From: Verrucomicrobiota bacterium
GTDB taxonomy: Bacteria > Verrucomicrobiota > Kiritimatiellia > RFP12 > UBA1067
Assembly (NCBI GenBank): GCA_022704125.1
Contig: JAKJHA010000001.1
Coordinates: forward strand, 1 to 38,532
Direction of reading: 5' to 3'
Length of the DNA: 38,532 nt
The stretch's first letter is position 1, and every line of letters begins with the position of its first letter. Shown in pieces: positions 38,278 through 38,532 of this stretch. A program made the translations under genes and the position numbers. The notes under the pieces were generated by a model, which was given only the letters and a program-made list of their open reading frames with translations, was not told the DNA's origin and searched no databases.

Positions 38278-38532
38278 ATGAGAATGACTTCCAAAAACAA
38301 AAGACGTTGCGGATTCACGTTGGTCGAGATGCTGGTAGTGATCGGCATCCTGGGTATCCTCTCGGCGGGGCTTCTCAGTTCGTTCTCGCATGTCCGCAGG
38401 GCCGCGCTCAAGTCAGAGGCGCAGAGCCAGGTCGCGGAAGTGGCGACGGCCTTTACCCTCTATCTGCAAAAAGAGCGGGCCTGGCCGCAGACGTGGCTGG
38501 ATGCCGATAAAACGGAGATGGATGAAGAGGTC
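38278..38532 (+). CDS. pseudopilin (prepilin-type N-terminal domain), 3'-truncated by the window edge
   Basis: My own translation from ATG 38278, with GAGGG upstream: MRMTSKNKRRCGFTLVEMLVVIGILGILSAGLLSSFSHVRRAALKSEAQSQV... It has the canonical G/FTLVE cleavage-methylation motif and is open to the end of the window. Not in the supplied ORF track. Confidence 0.8.
   Translation, partial: MRMTSKNKRRCGFTLVEMLVVIGILGILSAGLLSSFSHVRRAALKSEAQSQVAEVATAFTLYLQKERAWPQTWLDADKTEMDEEV

Overview
High-G+C bacterial chromosomal segment, above 60% by eye over most of its length, with two AT-richer islets at ~130-780 and ~6640-7370. The gene content suggests an anaerobic, polysaccharide-degrading member of the PVC superphylum (Verrucomicrobiota/Kiritimatiellota/Lentisphaerota-like). 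This is an inference from a PATR-repeat/LamG secreted protein, DUF1080, several clan GH-A-type hydrolases, prepilin-type N-termini and HydF. I call 27 protein genes. They include a TPP-riboswitch-controlled thiS-thiG-thiH-thiF-thiE operon, glpK, and five glycoside-hydrolase-like or lectin/BNR-like secreted proteins. They also include an AsmA-like envelope protein, an ACT/UPF0210/CDF operon, hydF, and gspF followed by two pseudopilins. There are also 3 tRNAs (Glu-CUC, Leu-CAG, Thr-CGU) with divergent promoters and intrinsic terminators. I see no CRISPR, cas gene, integrase, transposase or recognisable defence or toxin system, and I cannot point to a clear novel multi-gene protein system. The strongest unexplained signal is non-coding. 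Most of the larger intergenic gaps (those roughly 85 nt or longer) are assembled from a small shared set of modules. These are 7-8 nt tandem arrays (TAGGAKT, GAAACCY, TTGAGCG-like, CGAT-core), GC-rich 7-9-bp-stem hairpins, and a REP/BIME-like composite palindrome present twice. Several modules abut stop codons, contain them, or are read through by ORFs. Secondary curiosities are a DUF4139-like protein with a Trp-cluster tail upstream of glpK, AT-rich islets encoding tiny membrane proteins, and an isolated BspA-type LRR relic. Others are a G9 tract inside gspF, a 346-aa pseudopilin with Ala at the -1 cleavage position, and an orphan hydF. All coordinates were indexed by hand, so repeat boundaries may be off by 1-3 nt. 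All family assignments rest on motif recognition by eye, not on searches.
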